A stretch of 50,957 nt of DNA, counting the filler, from Catajapyx aquilonaris (Eukaryota), in NCBI GenBank assembly GCA_000934665.2. It is 2 parts of 2 records of this genome, joined end to end, with 100 filler letters (N's around TTAATTAATTAA, not from the genome) between each part and the next. Parts side by side here need not be neighbours in the genome. Positions count along the whole stretch, not along the records: positions 1 to 25,347 come from JYFJ02005378.1; positions 25,448 to 50,957 come from KZ539339.1. One strand, written 5' to 3'. Below are positions 1-29,871 of the stretch, piece by piece. The position numbers and the translations under genes are program-made. How positions within the stretch are numbered: the stretch's first letter is position 1; each line of letters begins with the position of its first letter. The notes below the pieces were generated by a model. It worked only from the letters and a program-made list of their open reading frames with translations. It did not search any database and had not been told where the DNA came from.

Positions 1-595
1 AGGGGGGGTGTGGGGGGGCGAAGCCCCCCCGCCTCGCAAAGCGAGTCCAATATATATAAAGCCCCTATCCGACGAGGAGGAGGATGGAAAAGATCTCCCA
101 CTTCCCGAGGTCGTACAGACCTCGGACTTACACCGTTGTATTCCTTGCACCCGTTTTCCTATTTTGAAAAATCCTCAAAACCGCGAATTTCCCAGCCGTT
201 TTCGAGATCGCCTAATTAAATGTAGACGCAAACCCGAGATCGCGAAATTAATGTATACCGCCAACTCCCCCGGTTCCCCGAGCGGCCTTGCCTGCAGATG
301 GTCGTAAAGAAGGAAAACAATGGCCCACCCCCTCCCATACACCCCCTGGGATTTGCTTACACTACTCAAACCTGGCGTGAGAATGATACGTCACAGACGG
401 TCCCACCTGTCATCCCAAGCGCTGTTTTGAACGATACGTCAGAGAGGGCACGTTCGGAAACTCCTCATCGCTACCGGTGACGTCACTGATTTCTGTAACC
501 GGATGGATTAGGCGGAACACGGGCATAGCGCCGAAGGCGCGCCAATTGGGGCGCAGCCCCAAGGGGGGGTGTCACCTCGCAAAGCGAGTCCTATT
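1..595 (+). mobile_element. Helitron-like non-autonomous repeat, apparently in tandem (end of one unit plus a following unit)
   Basis: The hairpin CCTCGCAAAGCGAGTCC occurs at about 32-48 and again at about 575-591. The unit begins TCCAATATATATAAA. An inverted fragment of the same 3' end lies at about 36146-36258. Confidence 0.4.
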
Positions 596-1070
596 GCTAT
601 TGCTGCCATCCAGTACACCACTGGAAAGCCTGAGGTGTCTGAATAAAAAAATTCATGCAATTACTTCTGTTATTGTTAAGTACTGTTACACCTTCTTCAC
701 GTGTGAAAAAAATAAAATGCTCATTGTAACTCATAGTCATTTATTACATTGCATTCTCTCTCTTTCTGCCTCACTTTTCTCAGGTAACCGTGACTTGTTT
801 TCTGAATATTCGCTCATGGAATATGCACATTGCTATCTGTAGAAAAAAAAAACACCAAAACATAAACATGACCAAACAAACTGAATTACCTCTTGAGTTC
901 CACACCATTAATAACATCTATTTCCTCTCGTTGTAAGCAGAGTTTGTCATCACTGGTTTTAAGTACACATGGAAACTGTCCTTGCCGTCAAAAAAATGGC
1001 TAAAAACAATCCTGACAAGCTGGCACACCTTCACCACCTTAGGAGCAACCAAAGGGGTAAATGAAGAAAA

Positions 1071-19565
<18,495 letters not shown>

Positions 19566-19876
19566 CTTATCCAGGGTGGGGTTGCGCTGTGGAGGAGGGG
19601 GTGGGGCGATTGCCACCGGAATCTCAATGGCGTGGGGTTCACTGGGCACAGTAGGTGAGGGTGGTGACCCCAAAGGCAGGGCCACTCCAGATGATTCGGG
19701 CAAGTCTAGCGTTCGGTTGGGTCCTACCTGGGTCCCCACAGAGACAGAAAGGAAGAAAAGCGGGAGTGGTTAGAAGTTGCTGTTTGTAAGCACCACTGAT
19801 GTTGATGGATGAAAAACTACACAAATTTCATGATGGGAACATGTTCTGATCACGCTACTTTAGTGCCACATGAATA

Positions 19877-20454
19877 ATAATAATAATAATAATGATAATA
19901 ATAATAATAATAGAAGGGCTCACTGCAATAAGAAGGTATGTGCACTCATGACTTTTTTCCTGTGTTTTAAAGCGAAAAGCTTATAAACCAGGTAAGACCA
20001 CATTGTCCACATTGCAGAGAACCCTTACCTGGAAGGGTATGTGGACTTCACCTGGTTTATAGGCTTTTCGCTTTAAAACACATGAAAAAGTCCTAAGTGC
20101 ACATACCTGCTTATTGCAGCGAGCCTTTGGGGTTAGTGCACCGCCCATTTAATGGGCATCTGGCACGGTACCTTTATTTGCTTTTTTAGGTGTACAAGCT
20201 TTGGTCATTTTTGTAATGCCCAGGAACCGCAAGAGAGGGAAGGGTGACTGGGAGGGGATGTGCAATGTCGTTGCTGCGATCATTTTGTGAACTCCCCCAG
20301 GTGGTTAGTCTAGCGGAAATCCCACCCAAGACGAAGTCAGAGATGAACCCGAACTCTGCACGAGATGAAGGGGGGAGACGCTGGGCTGGGATCGAACCCA
20401 GGACCCTTACATCTGTGGGCGCTTACATTACCACAGTGCCACTCCGCCTCCCCT
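19877..20454 (-). mobile_element. tRNA-derived SINE family B, full copy with a MITE inserted before the (ATT)n tail
   Basis: Homologous to 26130-26497. B box GGTTCGATCCC. 14-bp TSD GTGCCACATGAATA at 19863-19876 and 20455-20468. Confidence 0.85.
19913..20129. mobile_element. MITE (217 bp, TIRs of about 85 bp, CAAAGG terminus, possibly P-like)
   Basis: GGCTCACTGCAATAAGAAGGTATGTGCAC..TTTAAAGCGAAAAGCTTATAAACCAGGT mirrors about 20050-20129. The TSD is not cleanly recoverable. Confidence 0.85.
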
Positions 20455-21930
20455 GTGCCACATGAATAGCAATGAGAGATGCCAATGGACATGTTAACAC
20501 TGGTGCTACTAACAGAGTATAAGTCACAAAGTCAGCAGAAAATAGTGGTACAGTGAAAAATGCGATAAAAATGTAAAGGAATAAAATGTTACATGATGCG
20601 TGAACTACGACTATGCAGGACTATGGAAAGTGAATAATGTCTGACCGTAACAAGGAGCTGCCACGACTTTGCACAAGCTCTGCTGGTATTAAAAGTCCAA
20701 CCAAGAACAAGAGGCAGTCTAGATCCAGTCTATCTTAACCCCACCCCTACACTGACCAAAACAAGATATCAGGGAACAATGAAGCCCAGATGGCCCTGGG
20801 GGAGTTGCCACATAACTTTCAAGTAAATGTCCCTTGCGTTCATGTCATAGCAATTCTTGCTGGGCGATATTATTCTGCGATATCTTGTTTAGTTTGGGCA
20901 TGGAATTAAGATATGACAGTAGGGAATGTCTGGATTGCTTCTTGTTCTTGGCTGGACTATACAAGGGTTATTATCGCTCATACAGAATTTCGTCCTTCTG
21001 ATAATAATCTGTCTTACTTTAAAATTCCTCCCTTTATTTTCAATTCCATAGCTGCCACTGTCCATTGTCTCAGAAAATGTGGTCAATATTATTATTATTA
21101 TTATTTCACTACATGTTTGACTTCTTTTGATGCAGAGGATTCACCTGCCATGTAGGCATTTCGGTTTTAATTTTTCAAGAAGCCTTTTTTGATTTCAAAA
21201 AGCCCACCAAATTAAAAATTCAACTGCAGAAACACAAGTGACAAGTGAAAATTAACAATCTTTAAATTGACATGGGTGAAAGTGAAGAATTACGCTTTCA
21301 ACATGGTTCTCAAAATGTCTGTTTGGAATATTTTCTTAGCACTTCATAGTACAGTCTACCAAATAGCCTTATTCATAATGTCACACATTGTTTGTCACAC
21401 TACTTGCTGGGAAATAGGGTACATGTGTTCAATCTGGGGCACATGTGAAATGAAACACTGTTGCATGACACTCAACTAGGAGGCACTTTTTCCTACTCAG
21501 TTCTGCTAACACTGATAAAATTGCCCACTGATAAAACTGAAGGGTGTGTCAACAGTTAATCTGAAATATTTGAAACTGAGTTATGGCATGTATATTAAAC
21601 AGTCCTTTGTACTATGATTATCCTTCGGAATGCTACAAGCGGTATATTACTAGGGAGCAACTACTACGCCTTGGACTACGCATTTGCAATAATATTCATG
21701 TCTCTGGTAGTCAGTTTTACAACTGGTACATGGTAGTACGGAACATCTTTACAGCATATTCTACGACCGTAATCACACCGTTGGTCTGCATACAATGACA
21801 CCCTTTGACCACCAACGCACCAAATTCTAAATAATTTCAGTGTCAGCCAACAGCATTGTTGACCACCAAACCACTCAAGCAGCAACAGCACCCCGCCCAC
21901 AAAAAAACATATCTTGCTATGCTATATCAC

Positions 21931-22097
21931 CTGAGTCCATTGTTGGGATGAGCCACCCCCACCCACTTGGCTCCCTGCTGTCTGTCCGACTCCTCCGTGC
22001 CCTCCTACTCAGTGGTGGCCTCACGCAGCAGGAGTTCCTGACTGTCCCCAACCAGAAGAACAGCACAATTAAGCAACGGGTGTCGGAATGCAACTGA
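21931..22097 (-). promoter_or_regulatory. probable upstream (5'UTR/first) exon of goliath, beginning at a TCAGTT initiator-like or acceptor site
   Basis: GC-richer segment. On the minus strand, TCAGTTG (22097-22091) is either an arthropod Inr or a pyrimidine tract plus CAG acceptor. The segment ends caacaATGGACTCAG|gtgata. Confidence 0.45.
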
Positions 22098-24412
22098 AGA
22101 AGAAAGCAACTACAAACTCAGCATCTAAGGAGCCGCCAAGCGGGGACGAATTGAACTATAGGGCGGGATGGGTGGTGCGGTGTTGCCAGATCACTTGTCA
22201 CAACATTCAGAGTGGCGGGAGAATGAAAAATCTGCACATGTGTTTATCAGCTTCTGAGGTTGCTAAACTGGATTATCAGATATGAATAGTGGTTAGAGAT
22301 TTGGGCTCCATTAGGGGGGAGGGGGGTGGAATACCACCATTTTTTTCTTACGAATTTTCTTTCGCATTTTTCTCTCTAATGCAGGGATCAGGATAGGGAT
22401 TTGTGAGGAGGGGATGCATATTTTTGCAATCTATCGAGATATGTGCGTGTTGGAGATACCGGCACAATGTGTGTGTACCGTTTCACTCTTTCAGACACGT
22501 TCTCACGAATGCAACGGACCAAAAATTGCGAGAAAAATATAGCACCTGATACGTCTTTTTGTTTGTAGGTGTGGTAAACTGGTTTTATGACTTTCAAAAA
22601 GATTGTACGAAAGTCTTTTCTCTTTCCAGAGAATTAGTCGGCTAAAGCTGGAAAAATCGGGTTTTTTTTGAGAAATATGCAGATACTTCAAGGTGGTATA
22701 CATATTGTATCATGAATTTTCCTCTGTAAAAAATTATTTACTTGTAGTGCAAGTTGTAATCTGGTTCATAATATAGTAGTTACAGTGTGAATTCAACACA
22801 TCAAATCAAAAACACTGCGCAAAAAAATACCCCACGTATTCGTTGCACGCACATCCGTTTCCTTGAACAACTACGCCAAAAACTATTGCATAGAACTATT
22901 TCCTAGAAGAAACTTGTAAACAAAAATAAAGCACAATACACATGTGCAGGCAATGATTGAAAAAAAAACACTAATGCAATGCACGCAACAAATGTGACTT
23001 ATCTGCATTACACCTTAGGAATAAAAATTAAAGTTGATGACGTGATATCAATCACGTGTGAAGTTGAATTGTTGCCAAAACATGTTTGGCAACGTAGCAC
23101 GCGCGTAATCGATGCGACAGTGATGTCGTACATCGGAAAGCCACGCCCCTTTTTGCATTTTTTCGCCGCACCCAGCTGATTGCAGATATTTTTCCTGGAT
23201 GCAATGTGAAATAGAGCGAAATATCGTATATACCACGAATATTTTTGGTCACCAAAATTCAACCGCATATAAGTTCATGCAATTTTCCCGCGGCGATACC
23301 GCACACTTTGATTGAAATCAATGTGGTATAAATACGGTACCGCGGTACATATTTTAAATATTTATTGATCATCAGTTCAATCGCCCTGTTAAATCGACAA
23401 TAACGTACGGTACCCAAATAGCATTGCAAATTTATGGTCACGCGATACCGTAATTAGTTCTCCGGAATTAGACCCTCAATGGATTCAACCTTGCTGATGC
23501 CACTCAAGGATTAAAATAAGTTGACTCGTTTGTACGCGTCTTGTATAATCATTACGTAATATGTATTGATTACTAATCGCAAAGTGCAGCTGACGAGAAT
23601 TTCTACGTGCATCACGTAAAATATTGCATAATGTCGTCCATGCGATACGAAACAGACGGCCACATTTTTTTTTACATGCCAAGCAGTACAGAACGACTTA
23701 TCTGAAACATAAATCTGATGCAGTTATGCATGTAAATGTGAGTGCTCTACACTATGTATTCGTATAGCGAAAATGGTTTCACCTTGAAAACTTTCGCACG
23801 CTTCATGAACCGAATAAATTGAAAGTTTCTCATCCTCCGCTTAAACTCTTAACATTTTCTGCAGAAAAAAACGTCATTAGCTCACGCACCATGACGGAGA
23901 AATACTGCGGCTAAGGCAAGGTTGAGAATGCAAATGGGTATAAGACTTCCGCATACATTGGTGGAAATGAAAATCACTACTACCACCTTCTTTGACCACT
24001 TATCATGCACTAATTGTCTGATTACAGTATGCATTCATTTTATCGCTTTTGTCGCAGTAATTGACCTGGTGGCCTTTTTGTGTGACCTCGGTTGGTTTGA
24101 TCTGGTGAAAGTCAGGTTAATAAACTTTCTCATCGAGAGCTACTGTTTGACTAGCTGTATAATATTTAAAAAAAAGTCCATGCCACAGTGGTGTAATTTA
24201 CAATAATGACTTGTCACATTATGCAGGTGGCAAAAACTGACTGCAGGTGTAATGAATTGCACAGACTGTGTAACAGACACTAATATCATATAATCATCAC
24301 TGTTTAAGAATATACAGGATGTTCGGGGGGGGGGGGGGCAGTTGATTCAGATTAGTAGCTATGAAAATCAGATTTCCAGAGGTAGGCCTACTGCTCTTTG
24401 GGGAGATGTGTT

Positions 24413-24467
<55 letters not shown>

Positions 24468-25180
24468 TGGTGTAGTCATGGAGCATATACTACATAAGAG
24501 GCGCAAACTTCAGTCGGCGCCTTTGATGTCCGCGTCTCTCTGTTTGGGGCCGTTGCCAAGGCTGGCGGCCATTTTGAAGTGGAGGCAACGCCAACGAGGT
24601 ATAAATAGGGTACAGGCAAAAATAGGGTCCGCCATATCTTTGATGGTTTTGGCGGCCATGGCAACTACACGTCAAGAACACGCGCGAATCAAATATGGCG
24701 GACCCTATTTTTGCCTGTACCCTATTTATACCTCGTTGGCGTTGCCCACACTTCAAAATGGCCGCCAGCCTTGGCAACGCCCCAAACAGAGAGACGCCGA
24801 AATCGAATGTTTGCGCCTCTTATGTAGTATATGCTCCCTGGTGTAGTGCAAACCTCAACTAGAGGTTTTTGCATGGACCTTTATTTTCCTCATCAGGGGT
24901 ACGCACAGCTTTGGGTGTCGATTCTCGAAAAAGCACCTGGGTCAGGAGGAAAGGTGCAAAAATCAAGTGCAATGTCTCATCTACAGTCATTTTGTGAGTT
25001 CCCCTGGGGGTGGTTAGTCTCAAGGAACCCCACCCGAGACGAAGTCAGCAACAACCCAACAACCCAACTCTGCATGAGATGAAGAGGGGTGGGAATAATG
25101 CCTGGGCTTGGTATCGAACCTGGGACTCTTTCATCCATGGGTGCGTACCATACATTACCCCAGCACCCCTCTGCCTTCCC
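24413..25180 (-). mobile_element. tRNA-derived SINE family B, diverged copy with (TTG)n tail, interrupted by a MITE
   Basis: 24848-25180 is homologous to the other family-B copies; (AAC)n on the plus strand at 24413-24466. Confidence 0.8.
24477..24840. mobile_element. 364-bp palindromic MITE with 7-bp TSD (P-superfamily-like)
   Basis: GTGTAGT|CATGGAGCATATACTACATAAGAGGCGCAAAC ... GTTTGCGCCTCTTATGTAGTATATGCTCCCTG|GTGTAGT; arms of about 150-160 bp are near-perfect. Confidence 0.9.
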
Positions 25181-25347
25181 ATACTTTAATATTAATACAC
25201 CAAGATTTTATTTTAACAAATTCTGAGTAATATTCAGAATGTGCTGATATATCGTATTTGTAAATATTGCGTTTTTAAAAGCAGGGGGTCATAGTGATGT
25301 AATGGCTAGCGCCAGTGACGTAGCCAGGATTCCAGTTCGAGGGGGGG

Positions 25348-25447
25348 NNNNNNNNNNNNNNNNNNNNNNNNNNNNNNNNNNNNNNNNNNNNTTAATTAAT
25401 TAANNNNNNNNNNNNNNNNNNNNNNNNNNNNNNNNNNNNNNNNNNNN
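25348..25447. other. artificial scaffold linker (44 N + TTAATTAATTAA + 44 N)
   Basis: Exactly 100 nt with a centred six-frame-stop 12-mer. Confidence 0.93.
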
Positions 25448-26129
25448 CAGGTAACGCACTACAACATAAGCAGCTTAGGCCGAATTTGTCAATAGCTGCG
25501 TGATAGCTGTTCGGACAAAAAAGTTGGACCACCCTGTATATATAGTTTTGTGATATTATTTTGTAAATATAGTGGTTTGAGTTGTATATAAACGAAGTGT
25601 AAGAGAGGTCTTCCTGAGATGCCCAAGGGCGAGCGGGTAAATAAACTTATTCTATTCTTATTGCACTTCTAAGAGCTAGATAATGGCACAAAATTCAATT
25701 TTTTGTGCATTTTTTTTGCGTCAACGTTTTATAACCAAGTCGTTGACTTAAAAACATCAAATATTTGCCACATTTGAGGCTTATATCGTAACGATTCCGA
25801 CGACATCACCATCGTGACCTTGACACTCGAGATACAGCGATTTTTTTCGTTGTCCCGATTTTTGGGATAGCGGGAGATCGATGGTTAAATGAGATTAAAG
25901 AGTGCCTTATTTTAAGCATTTCAAAGATTATCTTGCCCAACCAAGCACATATCAGTACCCTGAACTTGTTTTATGCAGTTTCAGCATAAAGTGTAGCTGA
26001 AGGGTCAAAAAACAACATTAGGTTGTGTCAGGAACACAAGCCACAGCTTTTGACGTGAATACGTCTTTAAAATCGGATCAGTATTGGGGGAGTGAATTGA
26101 TTGCTTATTATCAGTATTGAAGTCTGGAC

Positions 26130-26463
26130 GGGGAGGCGGAGTGGTGCTGCGGTAACGTATGCGCCCACGGATGTTAAGGTCCCGGGTTTGATCCCAGCCC
26201 GGGGACACCCCCTTCATCTCGTGCAGAGGTCGGTCACCTCTGGCTTCGTCTCGGGTGGTATTTTCTACAGACTAAACCACCCGGGGGAGTTCACTAAAAA
26301 TGGCCACATAGAGACATTGCACTGCACTTTGCACATCCCCTCCTGTCATCCTGCCCGTGGGCCCGGGCGTTACGTATAAAGGTTCCAACATATGTACGAG
26401 ACATAAATAAAGGTTCGTGCTATATACCTCTGATGAGGTCAAGCACTACCCGGATTATTATTA

Positions 26464-26497
<34 letters not shown>
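26130..26497 (+). mobile_element. tRNA-derived SINE family B, intact copy
   Basis: A box TGGTGCTGCGG, B box GGTTTGATCCC, 3' stem-loop and (ATT)n tail. 17-bp TSD AGTATTGAAGTCTGGAC at 26113-26129 and 26498-26514. Confidence 0.9.
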
Positions 26498-26498
<1 letters not shown>

Positions 26499-26647
26499 GT
26501 ATTGAAGTCTGGACACATTCATGGTGATCCTCCTAAGAATTTCACTGCATGCCCCGCTGCATGCCCCCACCCTGGGCCCCCTGGCAGCAGGGTCCTGACT
26601 ATAACACTCACACGCTACTTCGGATATAGTAGACTCCGGTATAATAG

Positions 26648-26826
26648 ACTGTAACGCTTCTCTGTAACACTCGAGTTTGCCTCCATGCCCCCCTATGCGG
26701 ATCCGAATTTAGCCCTGCCATGGGGGCCGTGGCGGGGGGCTCTGTCAGGGCCTGACTGTAACGCTTTTCTGTAACGCTCGAGTTTGCCTGCATGGCACAC
26801 CCCCCCCCCCATACGGACCGGATTTT
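26648..26826. repeat. direct duplication of a unit of about 65 bp
   Basis: GACTGTAACGCTTYTCTGTAACRCTCGAGTTTGCCT at 26648 and 26754. Confidence 0.7.
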
Positions 26827-26994
26827 AAAGATGTATTCACGTCAAAAACTCAATTTCTGGAAGGACTTAATAGTCCATTATTTTGTTTCAAACTAGGATG
26901 ATCTCTTATGAATTGAACTGTCAGCATGTCCATTTCATAGTGCAGAAGAGTAGCACATGGTATGGCGGAAGTATCCTGCTCATCTTTGCAGACA

Positions 26995-27418
26995 TTTTTT
27001 TATATATATTTTTTATTTTTATTTACACCCTTGAGGCCTTCTGGCCTATGTAGGGGAGAGATTTTTCCACCATTTTCTGACTCTCCAGTGCTGAGATAGA
27101 GGGGGACAGTGGTGCAAGTGCAATGTCTCATGTGGAGGACGTGTGCAGTCCCTCAGAGGGCTAGGTTGACAAGACGACCCTCTAGATGCGGGTCAGAGAT
27201 CTCCCACAAACGCCGCACCTCCTCCAGTATGGGACAGGGATAGGAAAGGCAGGAAGCGGCTGTGGCCTACTAATTTAGGAAACAACTCCGGTATTCACCT
27301 GGGGTGACCATGGGAAACCACAGAAAACCACAGTCAGAGTTGCCGGCCTGGGGATTCGATCTCTGGACCTCCCGATTCGCAGCTGGATACCAAATCCCCT
27401 CGGCTACTGCTGCTTCGG
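26995..27418 (-). mobile_element. tRNA-derived SINE family A, near full-length copy
   Basis: Minus strand: A box TAGCCGAGGGG, B box GATCGAATCC, core shared with 3402-3587, 3' hairpin AGGCCAGAAGGCCT, then AATAAA and an A-rich tail. Confidence 0.75.
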
Positions 27419-28244
27419 TTCTTTGCAAACATTTTATTTTCTGGCACAAAATTTTGTCATTGATTTTACAGTTTTGGCTCTGTTATGGAGATAATTTACT
27501 GTAATATTTTGTGATCTGATTCCCCTATTTTGGTTATGCAGATAGGAAACAATTATAATGAACCACTGGGCCTTATATCATGCTCCTGTAGAAGAAGAGA
27601 AAGCTTGGGTTGGAGCAACTCCCTCTCCTTTTGTGTGCTCTTAACTGTCTCTCTCTTCCGCTAGATTTGACCTTGCCGGTTTTAAAATTGCAATTAGAGG
27701 GTGTGGTCCTATGTGAGCATTATTTCCCCTTGAGTTATATTGATTTGTCGTTGCCGATGGCTTCCCATGCTAGACCTCCGCCATCTCTTGGTGCCCGCTA
27801 CTTTCCAAGAACGTACTTTAAATGCCTTGGCTTGGGAGCGGTCAGCCGCCTGGCATTTAAATGGTAACCCGCTGCACATACCACACTCAGACGATGTCAT
27901 CCATGTGCAACAATAAAAAACTGTTATAAGCGAATTATTGTCTACCACACTAACTCCTTTATTGTGAAAGAAGTAAAAATGAGCTTGTGTATATTAAATC
28001 TTAGATAATTTAATTAGCTTTACAAGTGACCGTGCAAGTGACCTTGCGCAGCCTAAAAACCCTTCTCAGAATGCACCCAAGATGGCCATATGACCTTAAC
28101 AAGCGAGATTTTTTGGGTGAATTGTGCATGTTTTGTGCGTGAATATGCCGAAAACTGCATCCATTTACACCTTACAGAAGTTCCTCAAATAAATCGCGAA
28201 ATTTCGTGTACCATGCGTCTGGTACACGGCGGTGAAAGGATTAA

Positions 28245-28494
28245 CGAGTCCCCTATCCCCAGATGTGGAGCACTGTACCAAATAGCATTCGGGCGGACGA
28301 CTTCTGAACAGTTCTGAACCCACCTAAAACGTCAGTTCACATTCAGCCCCCGTTTGCAGATCAGCGCACCAGCCACCTAAATGCGGACTGCGGCTGAAGG
28401 GAATTGACGTTTTAGGTGGGTTCAGAACTGTTCGCAAGTCATCCCCCCTATTGCTATTTGGTACAGTGCTCCACATCTGACGATAGGGGGCTCA
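28245..28494. mobile_element. 250-bp MITE flanked by TTAA (superfamily unassigned)
   Basis: TIRs of about 100 bp: GAGTCCCCTATC..AGATGTGGAGCACTGTACCAAATAGCA / TGCTATTTGGTACAGTGCTCCACATCT..GATAGGGGGCTC. Confidence 0.85.
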
Positions 28495-28966
28495 TTAAGG
28501 GCATGGCCTTCCCCATAAGGCTAGACTGGGGGTTGCGGGGGTCTGGGTTGGAGGGTATCCTGTATTTATTTTTCCAATTGTTTTCTTCTTCGTTTTGCTG
28601 GAACTTTTTACTTTCTCAGGAACATGATATTAAATATGTACATTTTTAGTGTTTGTACATCTTGGTCACTAAAGCTTTGCATCCACAGTGCACAAGGGAT
28701 TTGGTATGAGAAGATATGGTATCAATAATGGTATCAGAATTCCCAATATAATATAAAGTAGAATCACTTTGCCACGGGGACTCAAAAGGAACTTCAGTGT
28801 ATGTTTTTCCTGATGTGTATTTGTTAGATTCTGCTCAAATCAAGTTATCTGTTGGAGGTAAAAGTTTAGTTCACTTCAACATTTTTTCACCCCAGACTGA
28901 TTTATTTCTGGAATTTGGACTTGACATCATTTGGCTTGCTGATCAACACATTGCTTAATATCTCAG

Positions 28967-29412
28967 GATCTCCCACTTTGCCACTGCTGACGAGTACACC
29001 GACACAACCCTGCGTGTAATCACGATAGAGAAGAAGCAGTATGGAAAATACGTCTGCAAAGCTGCCAATAAACTTGGTGAGGATGAAGCTGAAGTGGAGT
29101 TGTTTGGTGAGTATCTGGGCCAGCATTATTGGGCATGGATTGTGATATGTACCTGGTGCATGACTTAGTTCATGTCTATCAGGCTCAGTATAAGCTGCAT
29201 ATGGCCTGCTGTGCCCCATTTGTGAATGCAATTGTTAGCAAGTGTATGGATACACGTGATTCTTTGTGTTTTCGCTTGCAGAGACTGTAATACCTATCTG
29301 CCCTCCTGCCTGCGACCAGAACACCTATTATGGAGGAGCCGCCACCATTTCTGGCAGTGCTAGCATGGCTTTGGCCCTCATCTTCGCCGTCCTCATTTGC
29401 ATTCATTGGTAG
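28967..29412 (+). CDS. Lac: Lachesin (GPI-anchored Ig cell adhesion molecule), last two coding exons only
   Basis: Exon 28967-29106 encodes ISHFATADEYTDTTLRVITIEKKQYGKYVCKAANKLGEDEAEVELF. Exon 29282-29412 encodes ETVIPICPPACDQNTYYGGAATISGSASMALALIFAVLICIHW*. These match the Lachesin Ig3 end, the CPPAC motif and a GPI signal as I recall them. Junctions are cag|G, G|gtgagt and cag|AG. Confidence 0.93.
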
Positions 29413-29871
29413 GATCATACCCCCCATCCTTCAAGTTTTCATACTACCTTCAGTATTTTTAGGTGACCCTAACAAGCAAAGCATTAGTCACTGTGGTTGT
29501 TATAATACTTTGTGATGATGTTGGTATGCTATTGTAGTATTTAGGTATGCTTTATCAAAATATTGATGAGTTGCATTTGACTGCTAATGGAACATAAGGG
29601 TTATTTATGCGGTTGGAGGAAACTGAACTTGGTCTAGACCACATTCAGTTATTTACAGTGCTGCAACCGCCCTGAAATAGGCAGCTAACATGAGGTGTAA
29701 ATCACTTGTAAGTTTGTTTTACACATAGACAATTGAAAAACGAGCCTGCACTTAAGTCCAACGTATGGCATCAAGAGTTTGACTGTGGCCGAGTTGTAGC
29801 AACTGAAATTAAGGAGAAAATTTGTGATTATGTATGGTGGATAGCAGTACGTAATCAGAGATGTTTCTTAA

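Noticed and set aside
24476..24846. Overlapping ORFs on both strands with similar peptides
   Set aside because: They result from the palindromic MITE.
25392..25403. TTAATTAATTAA palindrome
   Set aside because: Synthetic linker centred in Ns; not biological.
26130..26205. tRNA-like sequence
   Set aside because: It has A and B boxes but no proper cloverleaf, and it continues into a SINE body with tail and TSD. It is a SINE head, not a tRNA gene.
26430..26455. CTGATGAG hammerhead-like core (also at about 31226)
   Set aside because: There is no stem II followed by GAAA and no matching cleavage triplet. At 26430 it is the loop of the SINE 3' hairpin, and the other copies have different loops.
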